Below are positions 11,645 to 26,253 of a stretch of 64,000 nt of DNA, in pieces. The translations under genes were made by a program, and so were the position numbers. Location: the NCBI RefSeq assembly GCF_006345805.1, contig NC_043014.1, positions 53,692,001 through 53,756,000 of the forward strand, given 5' to 3'. The notes under the pieces are model-generated. The model searched no databases. It was not told the DNA's origin and saw nothing but the letters and a program-made list of their open reading frames with translations. Numbering within the stretch: the first letter of the stretch is position 1; each line of letters starts with the position of its first letter. The stretch comes from Octopus sinensis (Eukaryota).

Positions 11645-13200
11645 TATAGACATAGTATAAATGAGAATTTATAGTCAGGATATAATAGCTGTAAGTTCCT
11701 CATTAATTCACCATAAATGCTCTCTGCCTGGTACGTTCACATCCACCAGGTCGCTGACCTCTATAACAGGGTATGTCTTTTGTTCTCTGTCCCAGTGAAC
11801 AATATCAGCTCTATTATGTTTGCACTGAATTGCTGTTTTTATTGGAGGGTTCCACCAGTATTCCTTGTTTGTAAAGATGCAAATGCATGCTGGTTCTGAC
11901 ATGCTTTTGATGTATACATCAGGACAGTCCTTCTTGCAAATAGCACTGAAAATAGTCTTTGCAAATATATTATATCTCAGGGGCAGATAGTGACTCATAG
12001 ACATTTGGGGGCAGCTGCTGATGTTGTGGACGATATCTTCCACACATAGCAGAGCTGACATTTTCTATCACAATGTGGAAGTCTGGAGGTATCTCTGTTT
12101 CCCTTGTTTATCAGGTACTTAGTAGCTGTCTCCATTCCTGGATAGTGAAGGTATTTCCTTCAAGGTGGGATGTAGGTATCACAGATCCAAGAGAAACTAC
12201 TCTTCCTGTCAATGCTGTTGTTATACTCTAGCTTACAGGATATGTACCCATGCATTGCTTTTTGCTGGTATACTGCCTGCTTCTATGTAGGCCAGTCCAG
12301 CCTCCTTTGAGTCACAGGAGACAGTTGTATTCTCAGAGAACCTGCACAGTAGTTCTTCTCCAACTCTGAAGATATTGTTGCTCTCACTTTTGAATATGCA
12401 TGAAATGGACACATCTTTTTCTTTACTGTTCAGCAGGTGTTGTGCGAGTGATACAAGGCAACATTCAAAGGCTGTTTGAACAGACCTCATGCCTCTACCA
12501 CCATCACTTTGTCTCACATACATCCTACTGGTGTCACTGTTAATGTGGAAGTGGTCAGTACCTTTCTGGTTTTGATGTCCAGGCTCCAGATCTCATCAAG
12601 CATCCAGTCCACAATGCTTTTGCAGTGCCAGTGTTAGTACCCAAATGCTGGTAATAGCACTGGCACTGTAAAAATATTGTGAGATATGGTCTTGTTAAAT
12701 GTAGACGGCTCTGAGTTCCATATTTTCTGGAGCCTTCAGAAGTAGTCCTTTGCTATTCTGGTGTTTGTCACAGCACTAATGTATGCAACATTCTCGTCAA
12801 TACCAAGATATCTATAGTTTTCATCATTAGATGTAAGGGAGAGAGACAAGCTATTGATATACATGTTCTCTGCCTGGTTGACAATTTTTCCTTGGCTGAC
12901 TATCGTGTCTGAGCAGTTATCCTGCCCACATTCCATTTCTATGTCTTGTGAGAATGTTGTGAATATTTCTAATTGTCTTGATTTTGTTCGTGTTACCAGA
13001 ATATAACTTTAGGTCATTAACAAAAAATGAGTGGATGACATTAATTTTATTCTTTTCTATATGTCCCAGCATGCAGCTTTGGCACTTTGTTAACAGGGCT
13101 GACAAGGAGTTCACTGCTAGGACAAAGATTATAGAGAAGCTATCACTCTGGAATATGTTGTTGATAGCTTGATTCTGTCCATAACAAAAGTGTTACTTTA
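11645..13200 (-). mobile_element. Degenerate RLE-type non-LTR retrotransposon (RT, CCHC, RLE)
   Basis: FFVNDLKLY (RT), YRYLGI, HNISSCP..HYLPLRYN, KHNRADIV, IEVS, MRNLQLLYPDY. Confidence 0.85.
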
Positions 13201-13319
13201 TTAGCTGTATGTATCAGTTACATGTACGTTTACATGCATGCAGTCATGTATGTATGTGCTGACCACTACTGAGGTAGTGTCTCTACAACCGTCCTCATGT
13301 CCCCTGACAATTAGAATGT

Positions 13320-13786
13320 AATATTTATCCCCACTTAAACATGGATGTTCTCTTAGAACAAACTATATTTCTGTAGATACCATGAGAGAAACTCTCATAT
13401 TGGTCTATGGTGCAAAGAAGCTTGAGAGGCGGTTGGATGGAACCTACACTCGCCTCCTTATGAGAGCTCAAAATCTCTTGTGGAAGCGCCATCCAACCAA
13501 AATGCAAATATATGGGAAACTACCACCTGTGTCATCCCTTGTGAAAGGTAGGAGAGTCCAGTTTGCTGGTCATTGTTGTAGAGTTGAAAAGAATAATTTC
13601 TACTCTTCTCCTCTGGAAGCCATCTACTCGCATACCAGGGCGCACACTCTCCTACCCTGATGTAATCTCCAGGGATACAGGCATCCAGCACAGACCTCTC
13701 CGTAATGCTATGATGAACCGTGAAGTCTGGCGTAACATAGTAAATTCCATTGTCTCGACCACGGTCGAACAATGATGATGATGATG
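13320..13786 (+). mobile_element. RTE-like LINE 3' fragment
   Basis: RRLDGTYTRLLMRAQN..RRVQFAGHC and a (TGA)n tail. Confidence 0.75.
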
Positions 13787-13914
13787 GTGCAAAATGCACT
13801 CTGTTTATATTATTAGTGAGTGTGTGTGAGTGGGGAGATAAACCCCCACCATCTCTAGCACTGAGACCACCAGATCATGTGATCTTGACCTTCCTTGGTC
13901 TTGTCAAGTGAAGC

Positions 13915-14190
13915 TTAGGCTAATTGGCTCACAATCATGAGGTCGTGAGTTCAATTCCCAGAGATACATTGTGTCCTTGAGCAAGACACTATATTTCACA
14001 TTGCTCCTGTTTATTCAGCTGGCAAAAATGAGTTGTACCCGTAATTCACATTCTGTGTCATGCTGAATCTCCCTCTTGAACTACATTAAGGGAACATGTG
14101 TCTGTGGAGTGCTCAGCTACTTGCACATTGCAACAGGCTATTCCATTGATAGCATCAACTGGAACCCTCATTATCATAACCAATAGAGTG
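13915..14190 (+). mobile_element. tRNA-derived SINE, different family
   Basis: B-box-like gagttcaattcc followed by gtgtccttgagcaagacact; related minus-strand copy at ~18840-19090. Confidence 0.55.
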
Positions 14191-14461
14191 CCAGTTAAAG
14201 TGGTCTGGTCAATGATGGACTCTAGACTGCTAGATCAATGAAATCTGTAAAATAGGTTTTTCTTTTCTGGGAAAAGGAAATAGTATTTTGATAATAAAAG
14301 AGTTTAATATTTAATTTCATATATATATAGTTGTGTGTGTGTGTGTGTGTGTGCGCGCACGTGTGTGTGTGTGTGCGTGTGTGAGTGTATGAAACTGATA
14401 AACTAAATTCGATTCATGATAAAAATTTGCAGTTTTATTTTGATTAAGATACCAGTGACTT

Positions 14462-15100
14462 TGTAGTGTGATGGATGAAGAAGACAACAGAAGAAGAAGC
14501 AACGGGAGAAAGAAATACAAAAGGCCTTACCTTGGCAAAGATCAGCAGTCTCTCACGAATTCGACACGTCCTGTCGAGCGTATGCCTCAAACACTCCCTC
14601 CGCAAAGGCCTCCATCAACCGGATTTCTACTTTCTCCATGCTGAGTTGGTCTGTCTCCACCATCTCTAGATACAGCGCCAATGCCAGACCATCCAAGTAC
14701 AGCGGTATAAAACTCGCTAGATTGCTTATACCATGGAGCTTCGCCACCAACTTCACCTTCTTCAACCAAGCAACCACATCTGTGTCGCTGCAAAATGGTT
14801 TGATCATCTCGTTTGAAATACGGGCACTCATCGGTTTTTTTTTTTTTTGTGAGCCGAAATAGCTTGTAGTGTGATGGATGAAGAGGACAACAGAAAAGGA
14901 AGCAACGGGAGAAAGAAATACAAAAGGCCTTACCTCAGCGAAGATCAGCAGTCTCTCATGAATTCGACACGTCCTGTCGCTTGTCGTCTATCCTCAAACT
15001 GGCCCTTCGTCAATGACCACACATGCGTCCTGCTTGACCTCTTCCGCTTCCTGCGACACATGCACCCTGCAGTCTTCCGCCGGCCCCTGCAAGCCCTACT
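14462..15100 (-). mobile_element. Internally deleted LTR retrotransposon (5' LTR, gag start, partial 3' LTR)
   Basis: ~115-bp direct repeat at 14462-14578 and 14865-14980, ending ...CTACA on the minus strand; gag-like ORF at 14553-14831 (DVVAWLKKVKLVAKL..FIPLYLDG.ALALY). Confidence 0.65.
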
Positions 15101-15929
15101 TCCCCCACCTCATCTGTCATCCTCTCCACATAGCTCATCACGTCCCATAACACCGACTGCCAACACCACACACTTCAAAGCTCATTACGGTTCACCTGCA
15201 TCTAGCATTTCTAACTATCACTCACTCCCACTCTGTTTGTTGTTTTAGTCTTTTTTTACTAGTGGGACTGTGGAAACACACATTACATTTTAGTATATGT
15301 AACATTACTGCAACTATTATTTATAGTATTTAAATGTTATGCAATATTTTTCCTGTGATTATTTCCATTCACCCTAAATCATACTCTTCTAACCAATTTG
15401 GAACACCTTTAATTACAGGTCTGCTTGAGCAGGGCTGACCTGTGATTAAACAAGAATAACCACTACCAACAACACTAAAACCATCATCAAGCCTATGAAG
15501 AGGCCTCTACATTGTTGCTTGGCCTGTTCAAAAGAGCAGTTTGATCTGACTCCACCTCAACCTCCAACCCACTCTCCAACAATCACACAAGATTGTCTTA
15601 AAAAGAAAAGCAAGGTTACATTGGATATTGTAGTCTTGAACTTTTGTCATCAACAAGTATCACTTGACACTGAGCTAATGAACAAACAACAAACTACCAA
15701 TAGCCAGGATCAATCAGTTCGATTAGTGAACTACTGCTATCATCTGTAGTCATGGCATGCACAGGTGAGATATTTCTGCTAGCAAGAGACCAAATGTGAC
15801 TAAAACCCAAGCCAGATGGTCATACTGCAGAGCGCAATTGGGATAATTGATATGGAAGAGTTGCATTAGTCTGGGCAAGTTGCCTAATCAGAGGACAATG
15901 TTGAAAACTGGAAAACCACAGAATCTTGT

Positions 15930-16750
15930 TTTATTTATATATATATTGTGTATGGTATTTTGTGAACAATTGTGTTGTTGGCTCCAGGTCTTCAATGAGC
16001 CATGAGGATAATAAAGAAGTATCTGCACACGGTATTTTTAAGTTTAAAAGCATGAGTTTGCTGGTTTTCTCAACATTGTTTACAGTCTTTGTCGATGTGC
16101 ATTGGCCTGTCAATGGGGAATTAGTTAACAGTGTCAAGATATGATTAACATACAAAGGAAAAGTTGTAATATCACCCGTGGGAATCAAATTTCATGTCTG
16201 CATAAACTATATGGTACCTGACACTTTCCGGAGGTACAGTCTAGTGAAATCATACCCAAAACTACATAGTTGTGAGATGAACTGTTAAACTACATAGCCA
16301 TGCTTGCTTCCATTTGTAGCACTTGTAGAAGATCTATGTAAATTTACCTTCAAATCATTCTTTACAAAACTAAGCTACTTTAAGACAACATACTCATTGA
16401 TTGACATACACTGAACCAAGTCAATGAAAACAGGCTTTTTTGGTGATATTATATTACTCATTTCTAACCAAACTGGGTAATTGTGTAGCATACTGAAAAA
16501 CATTCTTAGAACCGATTTGGCTATTTAGTCCCTGTTTTCAAACCATTGTATTTGACATGCAGGCTGCTCAATCATCCACTTTAATACTTTTATTATAGGT
16601 GCTTTTAGAAAGGTTCACTCAGTAGCAAACATAAACCGTGCCTGCAATGTGCAGATAACGTCCTCCTATTGGTCACAAAGGCCCTTAAAAGGGCTATGAT
16701 GCTGATCTTCCTCCTCTAAGTCATACAAAATGTGACCACTGTAGTCTTTT
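15930..16750 (-). mobile_element. Possible highly decayed Penelope-like remnant
   Basis: Only weak, frameshifted resemblance to the Penelope RT thumb/GIY-YIG region. Confidence 0.3.
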
Positions 16751-17164
16751 ACGCTAAGAAGTTTCTAAACTTTTACTATCTAGACCATTTTGACAAGAGG
16801 ATAAATCTCCATGGCTCTCAATTTTTCATATTTAAATCAAAACAATTTTCCTCAAATTTAATTAAATAAACATTGATATTTTTCTTGGGGAAATATTTCT
16901 TAGTTTTTGTTAGAAATAAATGTGTTGCGGCTTATATTTTGTTTTTGGCTTACTGTATGACATATTAGTGAATATATTACATTTCATTTAAATTTTTGAA
17001 AAATAAATTATCTTGTCTTTGCAACATTCTCAAATTTATACCACAATCAAACTCAAACTCACGTAAGTTACAGGGAGGTAACACACCAACATTGTCAAGC
17101 GGTGATGGGGAACAAACACAGACACATACACACACACACACACATATACATATATATACGATGG

Positions 17165-17315
17165 GCTTCTTTCAGTTTCTGTCTACCAGATCCACTCAGA
17201 AGACTTCAGTCAGCCTGAGACTATAATAGAAGACTCTTGTCCAAGGTGCCATGCAGTGGGACTGAATCCAGAACCATGTGGTTGGGAAGCAAGCTTCATA
17301 CCACACAGCGACATC
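17165..17315 (-). mobile_element. tRNA-derived SINE family B
   Basis: Reverse complement of the head at 26254 (ccaaggtgccatgcagtgggactgaatcc). Confidence 0.65.
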
Positions 17316-19619
17316 TGCACCTAAAGTTGTCAACAAATAGCCATGGGACTCAAACCCACATCTCGCAGAGACCAGCTGAGTACTTTCCCATTAAGCTAAA
17401 GTGCCCGTTTTTGCAAATATTTGAAAAATAAGATCTAACCCATAACCCACAAGTTTGAAACTGCTGTTCTCCAAAAACGCTGTTTTCAAAGGGAACTAAG
17501 AAAACATGGAATTTCCCAAATAGCTGGAAATAACAATGACTACAATATGACCTATGTTAGATAATTATCTAATATAAGTCATGTTACAATCATTGACCTA
17601 AGATTATAATCTTAGGTTAAATCCATATTAAACGGAGAATTACATGTACCTCTTGACTTTGTAGATAATACAACCGGTTCAATAAACAACACTTAACATA
17701 TTTTTGATAAGTGTGAGGTGTAATTATTTCCTTTTTGTGGAAGTATATGATTTCAATTACGTCTAAATCTTTATTGCTCAGCTATGTCCCATTAACAATA
17801 GGACAATATGAATTATGTTGTTGCTGTTTTTTAACCTCAGATTAACCCTGAGTCAAAGGCATTCTTGTTGTGAACATTCTTTTTTTATTTTCAAATGGTA
17901 TATCTAGAACTACATTATCAAATACGTCTCTTTTTTTTTTTTCAGAATGATAAACTGAGATTTGAGGGCAATTGTTTACTCTTTTTAGCATGTCAAGCAA
18001 CCAAATTCACTAAGGATCCTGGCATTTATATTGATTTGTATTGTGCATTACTATTATTATTTCCCTATCCAACCAAAAAAGTAGGTTTCACTGTTTTATT
18101 TCATGTCTTTGATTGCTTGAATGTCATTCTGGAAACGTACAAACTTTTAAAGTCCATATCTGCAGAATTGAAGCTTTGTCAATCCTGCCACCACAACTCA
18201 TTTTCTGATATCTGCTCTTCCATCAGACTTCTGTTACTCTATTTTCCTCACTTTCCCCTACACTGAACTGATATCCTCTCTATCCAACTCATTCCCTATC
18301 TCTAATTATTTGTCACACTATTTTTACTCAGTGCACACTCACCAACACATTCACCTCTTCTATTCTATTTTGTCTCATATTCACCTTCTCCCTGGACCCT
18401 TACATCTCTTTCTTTCTCCCTCTCACTTTCCAGGTAGGCAAGCCATGTTCTCATTTCTTCATCAAGACACCTACTCTTATTTATCTATCATAGTTTCTTA
18501 TTCCACCAGTCTATACTCTATTTAGTTGAGGGATCTTATGTTGTGGGTACTGGGTAACCTCACCAGTGCCAGTACCACATTAAAAGTACCCAGTACACTC
18601 TGGTAGGTGGATGGAATTAGGAAGGGCATCCAGCAGTAGAAATCATGCCAAAATAAACACAGAACAAGGCAGATCCCTTGGGCTCACCTGTTCTTGTCAA
18701 CTGTACAACTCATGTGACTATGGAGAAAAGGACATTAAATGATGAGGATGATGATTATGTCTAAGAGATAACAGTTTACTCAAAGTAACCACCCTCAGCT
18801 TCCACTATGGCCTCAAGACAGCTCCAGAACCTGGTGCATGCATTCTTCACTGTGTTCTTGGGAAGATATTACACATCACTGGTCACAATGCATTTTGCAT
18901 TGTTTTAGCATTCAAATGTCACCACTCTGCTGGCTAGGTGAGCAGAATAACATTCTTCCACCCCACCCTTGAAAGGGGGATTGGAGCAATATGAATTCAA
19001 GTGTTTTCTTCAAGAACACAACATGCCACTCAATCAAGGAGTTGAACCCATGATCTAGCAATCATGAGTGCAACAGCCTAACCACTAAGCTATGAACCTT
19101 CAGATTATATATATATATATATGTATATATATATAAGTTCAAATAAAGGCTACAAACCACATTAAGGGATAGCAAAATCCCATAAAAGTACAGGTTAGTT
19201 ACCTAAACAAAGAGTGTTGAACATTACAATTAATATTCAACTGTAAGGCAACTATATAAACCGTGGTTTATATATATTTGTTTATTACAATATGATAAGA
19301 AAATAGAGAGCTAATTAATAATTTATTATTTATTAATTAAAAAATTGACAAACATCTCTTACAGCTGTTTCAATTCTAGACCTTCAGAAAATTAATTAGT
19401 AAAATCAAAAATTATTTGAAAATCAAATCTTCTGTTTCAATTCTAGACCTTCAGAAAATTAATTAGTAAAATCAAAAATTATTTGAAAATCAAATCTTGT
19501 CAGAGGTATTTTAAGATATACAAAATAGGTATTCAATTCCTGCATGTTGAGTATATGACTGCAAACCATTAACTGATAAAATTTATGCATAAAGAACATA
19601 GTATAAAACATGGTATAGA

Positions 19620-20715
19620 CCTTAGAAGGGGGAGGAAGGTAGAGTATATTGGAGTTGTAAAGTAAGAATAGATGTGAAGGCTCGATAGGAAACTAGTAGC
19701 AGACCTGCAACTACCTACCTACCGAGCCTTCACAAAAGTGAAAGAGAGAGAGTTGCACAACTCTACCGCAACATATCATCAGATGAAAGGATGAGCAGAA
19801 GACTATGCATGGATATGTCAGTAGAAAGCTCTGTGATGATAGTAACATCGATCATCAAAGCAGTTTATCATGGGCCAATATCCAACCAAGTACCTGATGC
19901 ACAAAAGGAATAGAGATGCAGGAAAAGCCGTAAAATGTGACAACCAATGAAGACTTTGAGGAGTTCACACTGAAGATATCACACACATCATAAGCAGTTG
20001 TCCAAAAATGTCATCAAAGTATTATCTACCGATGAGACATGATGTTGTAGCTAGGACACTCTATAATGAAATCCATCAGAAGGATAATCCCAAGGACAAA
20101 GAAATAAGAACCCACAATATGGTAGAAGCTGTAGCAACACATAACAAAAAGGAGAACTGGTCGAATGTACCAGTGAAAACCTCAATAAAATGTATGCACA
20201 ACAGACCTGATATAATGGTTTGGGATAGAGAAGAGAGAATGTGCACAGTTGTAGAAATCAGCTTCCCAGCAGATGTTAATATAAAGCTGAAGATCAGAGA
20301 AAAAGAGAACACCAATGCTGAACTATTGAGGAATCCACAGTTACTCTTTTCAGACTACAAGTTCAGGTTTATACCTGTAATTATTGGGGCCCTGGGATAT
20401 GTAATACACGGCCTACATACCAATCTTGAGAAATTAGACTTCTCAAACCGGAAGGAGAAGGCTAATTGAAAGACTACTGATCCAATCCATCACTGGAACT
20501 GTAAAATCTGTAAACTTTCCAGAAGTTTATCATTTAAATATATATGAGTATGTCTAGATATGCAACTATATGCTGAGAGTACATAGATAAAACATACAAA
20601 TCTGCACATACATACAAACATGCTGAAATTCCAATGAAGGAACCTTGGATCTAGGTTAGAAACCGGTTCTTTTTTTATCGGCAAGAAATTTTGAAATAAA
20701 CTGAATAATGACATA
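19620..20715 (+). mobile_element. RLE-type LINE 3' fragment
   Basis: ORF 20008-20469: YYLPMRHDVVA, HNRPDIM, VEISFPAD, FIPVIIGALG; then 3' UTR and (CATA)n. Confidence 0.88.
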
Positions 20716-20825
20716 CATACATATATGCATGTATGTATGTATGTGTATATGATATTTAACATCACCGTTCTTTCACTCAGAAATACAAAAAGAGAAAATG
20801 CGAAGTTTCCCACTTAAGGCGTTAT

Positions 20826-21082
20826 TTCGATACTAGTAACATAATTGTCACTTATAAACCACGTGGGTTTATTTACATTTCTGAAGATATATATATGTAC
20901 ATACATACACTGCGTGACATCGTGAGCAGGAGTCACTGGGTTGACATTTATCCCGTGAGTGTACCTTTAATACAAAAGGTTACAGTGCGCAGTGTATGTA
21001 TGTACATATATATATATATATCTTCAGAAATGTAAATAAACCCACGTGGTTTATAAGCGACAGTTATGTTACTAGTATCGAA
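20826..21082. repeat. Inverted repeat, ~90-bp arms, ~70-bp spacer
   Basis: tttcgatactagtaac...cactgcg and cgcagtg...ttactagtatcgaaa. Confidence 0.8.
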
Positions 21083-21442
21083 AGATCGACAATAAACGAT
21101 ATTTTGGTACATATTAAATAAAATCTTTTGAACGACATTATTGCTCATGATAATGTTTATCTACGAAAGTAAAACCCACGAGAAAATCATCTCACATGTT
21201 GAATGGATTTAAAGCCTGAACGGAAATATTCTAAGGTAAAATTATAATAAAAGATACAAAAGATAAAGTATCCCTAAGCTCATGACCGAAGGTGTTCTTG
21301 TCAGAACGACGACGTCATTCAAAAGGCAGACGACATGGTTTCCGTTGTCATTCGGAATTACTTTTTAATCTATGTCCGGTCTTTCCCGCCGTACTACTTC
21401 TCGTCATACTTTATCCGACTTATTTTGTTTTCGCTGTTAAGC

Positions 21443-21566
21443 ATTGATCCTGCCTTTCATCCTTTCGGGGTTGATAAATTAAGTACCAGTTGCGTACTGG
21501 GGTCGATCTAATCGACTGACCCCCTCCCCAAAAATTTCGGGCCTTGTGCCTAGAGTAGAAAAGAAT
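21443..21566 (+). mobile_element. SINE family A 3' part (another copy at ~21745-21868)
   Basis: aagtaccagttgcgtactggggtcgatctaatcgactg..gccttgtgcctagagtagaaaagaat. Confidence 0.75.
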
Positions 21567-23549
21567 AATTTATTCCGTTTTGCAACCTGATCTACGTTTA
21601 AAGCTTATTTAAACGTAGCAATTATATTTTAAAAGAAGTTTAATTTTCTGAAAAAAAAAAGTTTTTCCACCATTCCGTTTATTTTTTCTGTAATAAAAGT
21701 TTCTTATTCCAAAACTCTGCTCATCCATCTTTTCATTTCCTCTCGGGACTTTGCCTTTCATCTTCCCAGGGGTCGTTAAATTAAGTACCAGTTGCGTACT
21801 GGAGTCGATCTAATCGACTGGCCCCTATCCCCAAAATGTCAGGCCTTGTGCCAAGAGTAGAGAAGGATAGTGAAAAGGTTGGAAACCATTGATCTAATGT
21901 CTCCTCGTTATTTGACCTGAGGTAGATTTAGCTGCTTTTTTTTTGTTTCTTTGTAGATATCTAATATAAATTTATTTACAGGTGGACAAAACAGAGAACA
22001 CAATTGAGAAAATTAAAAGAAAAAAACTTTTTCATCCTTAGAAAATTATAAATGCAAGTAAAATGCATTTATGATTGCAAATATATTTATTACAAACGAT
22101 ATGGATTTATTATAAAGTGTAATTAAAATCCCCCAATCCTGACCATTTTTTAATGATTAATTCTTTTTATTCATTTAAAAAATGAATTTTTTTCAAAATT
22201 CTTAATCTTTGGTAGGCAAAACATACACAATTCATTTGCCGTTTTTCTTACGAATTAGCAAAGTGGAATGATGTGATATTAGCAACAAGTGGACGTTTTA
22301 TGGATATGTATTTGAAGATTGACTGAACTGATATTAATTTTAAATATCAATTCACTGGCGGAAAGTAAGACAAAATCGACATTGGTGTGAGAAGAAGATA
22401 AGAAGGCAGAATTAGAATAGTTTGAACACAGCTCATGCTGCTCTTAAATTAGGTTCTCTATGTTGATTCCTGCTTGAAACCAAATGAATTTTAATATAGA
22501 CTTAGGAACATGGAAAACGAGTGGCTGGGATCGATTGAATTCATATCAATAATAAATGAATTCCTGGAATAATTAATGGCGAAGATATTAAATTAAAAAA
22601 AAACAGGAAAAGAAATCACTAAAAACAGCAAGGTATTTTGCCATTTTTATGGCTATAAAATAAACGATTTCCTTTAATAATAATAATAGACCAAAATCAT
22701 TCTGAATTAATATTAAATCTTGTAATTCCATTTGCCACAAGCGAGACAATTTTCAAGTTTTGTTACAAACTACGGAGACTGTAAGACGGTCGTCCGATCT
22801 ACTAGAAATAGACGTCAAATCAGTCTTACGTCACACTTTATCATCTTAAAAAAAGAAGGACATGACAGGATGTGTAGTTTTTGGATGCCTGTGGCTGGAA
22901 TGCTTTTCACAACAGATCTTCTTGATCAGGATATGAAATAAAATATGAAAAAAACAAGCAGAACCTGGGTGGTTTTGGTGGAACACTTTTCATCATCAGA
23001 TTGTTTAAGACAAGCTTTCTCCACACAGGACACAAATTGGAATGGTTCACCAAGCAAATTAGCGAACGACAAACCAGACCAAGAAAAGAATTAACAATAT
23101 TGTATGTTTTTAGAAAACAAAAATAAATTTCAAATATTTTCCTAATTCGCTGAAATGGTGATTGATTAGTAAAGTCGGTGGAGCATCAATGAAACACATT
23201 AAGTGGTGGTCACGGTCTGAATTGAAACTGCACCGAGGTCAACTTGGCTTTTAACTCTTCCCACTTCAATAAAATAAAATAAAAATCCGAGGAGAGTAGT
23301 TTACATTACTACAAGAATGGAATTAGGAGAGACGTCTTGTTTCAATTAGAAATAGAAAAGGAGGGAAAATTAAGGTTCTTCTACGTAAAATCGAAACCGT
23401 TTCACTGAACATGAATCCCCGACTCGATAACGCAAACAAAAAGAATTCAATGAAACAAATTAACGATATTTCGGTCCATCTTAAATGAAAACTTGAAAAT
23501 CTTTTCATTTATATGAATTGTTAACGATAACGAAAGTTATAACCAAGAG

Positions 23550-24078
23550 GAATGCGCCTCACATGCTGAATGGATTTAAAGCCTGAATGGATTTTAAACC
23601 ATTTCAGAAATATTTTATGGGAAAACTATAAGAAAAAGTACAAAAAAAAAAGCCTTTCTAAACTCACGATCGAAACTGTTCTTGTCGAGATGAAGACGCC
23701 ATTCAAAAGACAGACGACAAAGTTTCCGTTGTCATTCGGAATTACAAATTTATGTCCGGTCTTTCTCACTGTAACTGTTTATAAAATATTTTGCTATATT
23801 TCGTCCGATGTTTATTTTTACTGTTTGAACTGAGACTAAAATCAGATAAGACATGACAAGAATTTGTTTCACAGAAAGTTATGCTAGTAAAGACCGAACA
23901 TCAATTCAAAAGAATTCCGAAGGACAACGGAAATTCTGTCGTCTGCTTTTTGAATGGCGTCGTCGTCCTCACATGAAGAGATTCAATTGCAGAAACATTT
24001 TTCTGTTTCGGTTTCTTCGTAATTTACTCTATATATTTCTCAGATGATTTTAAATCTGTTCAAGTGAGGCATTTTTAT
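23550..24078. mobile_element. MITE-like fold-back; partial copy at ~21190-21390
   Basis: 23670-23765 is inverted at 23890-23975; the termini cctcacatgctgaatggatttaaa and tttaaatctgttcaagtgagg are complementary. Confidence 0.6.
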
Positions 24079-24899
24079 CTTTGATTTTAACTTCTCTGGA
24101 TAAACATTGTTATCATAAACAATAAAATTATTATTGGAAAGTTTTGTTCTGTTTCCTGGATTATATATTTTTTATTGTATAGATTCTACTCGCTATGTTG
24201 CGTCAAGAATCCGTGTTTAGAAATACGATTTCCATTTTCTGTAGAAAAACCTTATATTTTCCTCTGCTATTTCTAACTGAAATGATGGACATGGTTCATT
24301 CGAAATATTTTCTTCGTGATTCTTCAATTAGTCACCATTAAAAGACCTGAGAGCCAGTGGTAACACTGCAGAAATTCATTTTAATTTGTCGTAATATAGC
24401 TACACTAAATATTTGCATGGTGACTGAAAAAGTCTAAGATCGTAAATTCCCATTCATCAATAATTTGCTGTTGCTTCTGTTATAATTCCATTCACACCTC
24501 GCATACATTATAAGAATAAATAGGATGTCCCATAACAACGACACACATTTTATTTGTGATACCTGTAATTTATTTTTAATATATGTGATTATTAGAATCC
24601 TAGTTATATTTAAAATGCTTCATCAGTATGAGACACTTTGTATATTGTCCTCGGTACCTGACTTGCACTTTATTTTATAGATCCTGGGAGAATGAAGATA
24701 AAGTCGATCTTAGTGCGATTTTAATTCAGAACATAAAGGTCTTTGGTGAAACCTAGGATCGAAACCTCGCATTTTCAGTTACTAGTGTAAAACCACATTC
24801 AGGTCAGGCGGCGTAACCTGGTTATCAACCAGTCGGTTAGCAGAAATATCCTGCTATATACAGTGGAACATTCTACAGATTTCTAGAAGTTCCTGAATT

Positions 24900-25380
24900 T
24901 TTCGTAGTATAAAGCAAAAGCTTGCCAGAATCAACACAGAAGTTAAGAAAGCCATCGGGGAACACATATTCTCACCTCTTACCAAAAGCAAGCCAAAAAA
25001 CGCGGCCTTTCATTCCACAAGCAACTGGCCATTACAGCATCAAGTTTTGCTTTGTTGAAATTCAGCCCAGAGTAAAAAAGGAATTTTTCAAATCTAACCA
25101 ACATTTTTCTGCCTCTCAAGCGACAGTAATCTTTTCTAGTCATAATTTAATTACAAAGTTCGATTCTAGCTTTCTACAATACACAACATGGGATCACATG
25201 CAGCCGTAAGCAACATACCAAAAACATCAACACGCACTAATAACCTAGATTGGAGAGCAAACCAGCCATAACTAAAAGACCATCACTAATTACTTCATCA
25301 ATGCGTTTTTCTTGACGCTCTTTATAAATTCACCAGCATTCCAATGCTTGGAATTTGTCTTTGAAATATATGTTGTTTCA
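24900..25380 (+). mobile_element. Possible decayed Penelope-like remnant
   Basis: VIFSSHNLITKF and a frameshifted Y..K...ALIT*IGE resemble the Penelope EN region; a decayed GAAATATATGTT motif follows. Confidence 0.3.
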
Positions 25381-25533
25381 GTAATTTGAGACAAAAATGT
25401 AATTAATAGCACAAATATATTTAAGCGCTTCAAATTCAAGCGATATATAATATATAGAATATATATATATATATAATATATAATATATATTACATATATA
25501 TACATACATACTACATACATACATACTACATAC

Positions 25534-25566
<33 letters not shown>

Positions 25567-25659
25567 ATAATTTCGCCATGGGCTCTTAGGAGCACAGTTC
25601 GATTTGTTTTTTTGCTCCGCCTCTGTTCGTTTTTGTTTTTCCAACGGATTTCCTTTTTC

Positions 25660-25739
25660 TTCCTGAAGAGAAAGACACAATATGGTCCCATTATTCAATC
25701 GGATTTTGGTAATTTGTGCCTTTCGATACACGTGTAGAA
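25660..25739 (+). ncRNA. Hammerhead-like motif with GATA in place of GAAA
   Basis: TTC-CTGAAGA-GAAAG...CTTTC-GATAC-ACGT-GTA-GAA. Confidence 0.45.
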
Positions 25740-25950
25740 TGAAATAAAACGATTTCTGTTCAACTGCGTTCAGCTTCATTTCTTCAATTCACCAATAATG
25801 TTATATATATCTATATATATAGTATATATATATATTATATATATATATATATATAAATTATATATATATAATGTATGATATAATATATATATGTATGTAT
25901 ATATGTATGTTATATATATATATATTATATATGTATATTATATATATATA

Positions 25951-25983
<33 letters not shown>

Positions 25984-26253
25984 ATATAATATAATATACA
26001 TATATATATATACATATATATATATTATATATACATCCATATATCATACATATATATATCTACATACATATATATATATATATATCTATATATATATATA
26101 TTATATATATATATATATACATACACTATATATATATATATATATTATATATATATATATATATACATACATATATATATATATACATACATATATATAT
26201 ATCATTATATATATATATCTATATATATAATACATACACATATATATATATAT

